64,000 nucleotides of DNA. Source: Ramazzottius varieornatus. Lineage: Eukaryota > Animalia > Tardigrada. Made by a program: the position numbers and the translations under genes. Positions 62,645 through 64,000 of the stretch are shown here, piece after piece. The stretch is taken from positions 5,633,527-5,697,526 of the forward strand of contig BDGG01000001.1 of NCBI GenBank assembly GCA_001949185.1. Reading direction: 5' to 3'. Numbering within the stretch: position 1 is the stretch's first letter; every line of letters starts with the position of its first letter. A model generated the notes under the pieces. The model was not told the origin of the DNA and did not search any database. It worked only from the letters and a program-made list of their open reading frames with translations.

Positions 62645-64000
62645 GTTGCGCTCTGTTGGGTCTTTCTCTCTGATTGTCCGGTCCCAAGATAGATCACAAT
62701 TAACCTTGGGAATGTAAACTATGATATGTTACGTACTGTCTTACTAACAGTACATCAAGAAATATGAATGTTATAATCACATGCTAGAGCTAACAAGGGA
62801 ACCTGGGTGAGCCTGAGTGCTTGAACTTCTTCCAACTTATGCTGTCGAAAGTACTGGATCCTGACTACTGTTTGAAGGTACTCTCAATTGTGACAAAACA
62901 TCACCTGGGCCGGCAGGAAAGACCCGTTCGTACGGAGCAACTTCTACCATTTGAAATGTGCACTGGGTGTGTGGATATACAGTTCAACTGCGCAACTTAA
63001 ATGTAGATTACACACGAAATCTCTCCTAAGTTTCCTGCTCTGTTGGATTGCGCTTGGGAAACGGCTCCAGATGTGCTTTAGAAGAACTGGTTGCTCCTTG
63101 ACGGGGCTGTCGGGCAGACACGTGAGTGTTTGCAATGAAGACCGAAGATTACGGTTGGCCAGACCGACCGTAGGCTTTACTAGTGACGATGCAGCACAAG
63201 TTCGGTACCAAAAGAAGAATGGCTAGTGGTGGGTCGTTCGGAAGAAATTCCACATGTTGCCCAATCAGATCATTCGGCGCATTGAAAATCGATCAGCTAA
63301 TTTTTGAGCAGTACCGCGTGCACGTTTCGGCTCCATTCTGTAACGGCACAATTGTACAAGCACGTACGTAACGGTACGTTCAATCAATTTTACAACGTTG
63401 TGTGGTCATAACCTGACTCAGCATTTCCCACTTTACGGGAGATGCAGTTTCTGGACTTCCGGTGCGTCCTCGGTTCTGGATATTTATAGGAATGTCTGGT
63501 GGACAGTACGAAGGAAGGACCGCAACGATGATAAACTAAGGCCTAGATTTAACAAAGTAATACTTAATACGATAGTAATACGATGATAAGTAGTAACGGT
63601 GTCGACTGGTCATGGACTATGAGTACTAGACCTGGGAAACGGTAATCGGTAGCGGTGGTAACACACCTGCCTGGAACAAGCGAACTCGAGAAACCCTCGA
63701 GGTTTTAAAGCTCAAACGACAACCAAGTTTACAGTAAAGTAGAACCACATAGGAAAAGTTCTGGCAAACCACTAATTTATCGGAGACTGAAACTACGTGA
63801 AATGAAAGGACACAACTGGCAAAGTCGAATGAATACAAAGTCGAAATTTTCAAACAGTTTCGACCGAACCATGGCTCGACCAAGAGACAGCTTGAAATAT
63901 TCGACTGGTATGACTTCCGGTCAGGAAGACGATTAGTAGGAGGGTGGAACGCAGTCTGCAAAACTCCATAATCGAGTTCCCATCACGAACCTAATTCAGA

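Overview
Eukaryotic (animal) genomic DNA with compact GT-AG introns (about 50-250 nt), roughly 45-47% GC by eye, and three 50-N gaps. The gene style and the cyclase-less natriuretic-receptor-like gene suggest a tardigrade-like invertebrate; this is inference, not proven. Recognisable spliced genes, left to right: a CatSper-epsilon-like extracellular protein (-), a Ly6/three-finger protein (+), a small disordered protein (-), a GAP1-family RasGAP (-), WASP (-), TRM1 (-) head-to-head with pyruvate carboxylase (+), an orphan ORF with a protamine-like Arg/Ser tail (-), two tandem PA-TM-RING E3 ligases (+), a carboxylesterase (+), an NPR-C-like receptor (-) and a second Ly6/Quiver-like gene (+). 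Mobile DNA is abundant: an apparently intact 5-exon pogo-type DD38D transposon, three members of a Tc4/Tc5-like family (two with visible TNA target duplications), a piggyBac-like non-autonomous element, a 5'-truncated restriction-like-endonuclease LINE, many MITEs, and a dispersed ~50-bp intronic hairpin repeat. All homology calls come from motif recognition by eye; no searches were run.
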